Assembly (NCBI GenBank): GCA_049511415.1
Contig: JBEKYC010000013.1
Coordinates: forward strand, 9,176-73,175
Reading direction: 5' to 3'
Origin: Bryobacteraceae bacterium
GTDB lineage: Bacteria > Acidobacteriota > Terriglobia > Bryobacterales > Bryobacteraceae
DNA length: 64,000 bases
Shown: positions 63,029 to 64,000 of the stretch, piece by piece
How the letters are laid out: each line of letters begins with the position of its first letter
Numbering within the stretch: position 1 is the stretch's first letter
Made by a program: the position numbers and the translations under genes
The notes under the pieces: generated by a model
What the model saw: only the letters and a program-made list of their open reading frames with translations
Told to the model about the DNA's origin: nothing
Database searches by the model: none

Positions 63029-64000
63029 GGTCGCTCTTCGCCAAAATCCTGGTATGGTTTTGGGCCACCCTGATCATAAACACCATTGGCTCGGCTTTAA
63101 TCTCCGGGCTGTCGGGGCCGCGGCCGTATCTGCTCTCCAGGTTGGTGGCTTTCCAGTTGATCGAAGCGCGCACCGCCTACGAAAGCGGCGGACGTCCCGG
63201 CCTGCAGCAGTTTATGCAGCGTTTCCGGCATGTGTTTGCCGGCGAAGGCGTGCTGACGGATGCTTCCGGCCACGACTTGCTGACCGGCGCGGACGAATCG
63301 GCAGTGCTCGCCAAATCGGTTCAGGAGCCGCGTTATCCGGCGTTCCGCCCGCGCGGCATCGTGGTCTCGCGCGCCTCCGAAGACCGCCGGTTTTACTTCC
63401 TGTTTGCCATCCCGCACGAGCGCCTGGCGTATTGGTTCCTGCTCCCGCAGCACTGGTGGATGATGGCGGCGGGTGTCTTCCTATGCTATTTGTTGGCGTT
63501 TTATTTGACCTATCCCGTGCGGCGCCTGCAACGGGCCGTGGAGCGCTTCGGCCACGGCGACTTTACGGCCCGCGCGGACCCTCGCCGTCATGATGAACTG
63601 GGCGATCTGGGGCGTACCTTCGACCGCATGGCGGACCGTATTCAAATCCTTCTGGCGGCTCAAAACCGGCTCTTGCTGGATATCTCCCATGAACTGCGTT
63701 CGCCCCTGGCGCGATTGCGTGTGGCCGTGGAACTGGCCCGATCGGGGCAGAATCGCGAAATGGCCTTGACCCGCATCGATCGCGAAGCCGAACGTTTAAA
63801 TGCGCTGGTCAGCGGGCTGCTACAAGTGACGCGGGCCGAGGGCGATCCAAACACTTTGCGCCGCCAGCCCGTGCGGCTCGATCGACTGCTTGACGAACTG
63901 GCAGCGGATGCGGCAATTGAAGCGCAAGCGCACGGCGCGGACGTACGGCTGGCCGCCGCGCCGCCGGTAACCGTCGAAGGCGATGCCGAACTGCTCCGCC
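63025..64000 (+). CDS. sensor histidine kinase (CpxA-like: periplasmic loop, HAMP, HisKA); 3' end outside the window
   Basis: Hand translation of frame 1 from ATG 63025 (ATGA overlap). MRSLFAKILVWFWATLI.., HAMP 'PVRRLQRAVERFGHGDFTARA..DELGDLGRTFDRMA', H-box 'ISHELRSPLARL'. Open to nt 64000. Not in the ORF track. Confidence 0.85.
   Translation, partial: MRSLFAKILVWFWATLIINTIGSALISGLSGPRPYLLSRLVAFQLIEARTAYESGGRPGLQQFMQRFRHVFAGEGVLTDASGHDLLTGADESAVLAKSVQEPRYPAFRPRGIVVSRASEDRRFYFLFAIPHERLAYWFLLPQHWWMMAAGVFLCYLLAFYLTYPVRRLQRAVERFGHGDFTARADPRRHDELGDLGRTFDRMADRIQILLAAQNRLLLDISHELRSPLARLRVAVELARSGQNREMALTRIDREAERLNALVSGLLQVTRAEGDPNTLRRQPVRLDRLLDELAADAAIEAQAHGADVRLAAAPPVTVEGDAELLR

Noticed and set aside
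1-64000. Searched by eye for CRISPR arrays, tRNA/rRNA genes, transposases, integrases, phage or defence-system genes (nucleases, SIR2/TIR, large ATPases)
   Set aside because: None recognised. The pseudogene-like scars are not accompanied by any mobile-element gene. A tRNAscan/Infernal run would be needed to fully exclude small RNAs.

Overview
High-GC (roughly 62-64% by eye) bacterial chromosome. Gene content points to Acidobacteriota of the Solibacter/Bryobacter type: several Solibacter-type TIGR03437-like domains, DUF1800/DUF1501, DUF1552, GloVer, HAF and SBBP repeat proteins. I found no rRNA, tRNA, CRISPR array, transposase or integrase. I call about 55 protein-coding genes. They include hopanoid side-chain genes (hpnJ, hpnI), adk, and an unusual duplicated membrane-protein locus at 5.6-12.7 kb. 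That locus holds two PAP2-type lipid phosphate transferase paralogs, two unassigned polytopic paralogs, a GT87/DUF2029 gene and two homologous micro-proteins. Also present are a pyrR-pyrB-pyrC operon and an ECF42-type sigma factor with two DGPF/YCII genes and an ankyrin gene. Phosphorolytic glycan catabolism is represented by GH130 plus an epimerase, GH94 and GH5. There are also iscS-iscA, pxpA, clpS, a CpxRA-like two-component system and many large secreted repeat proteins. Four decayed or interrupted genes are visible: a frameshifted LivJ-like binding protein, a dipeptidase remnant, a truncated paralog of a VWD protein, and an FG-GAP repeat lying in frame behind the GH5 stop codon. The best candidates for something undescribed are the duplicated membrane locus with its coupled micro-proteins, and a fusion of an extracellular-type domain to a degenerate receiver domain that appears co-transcribed with clpS. 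All functional calls rest on motif recognition from memory. No database search was run.
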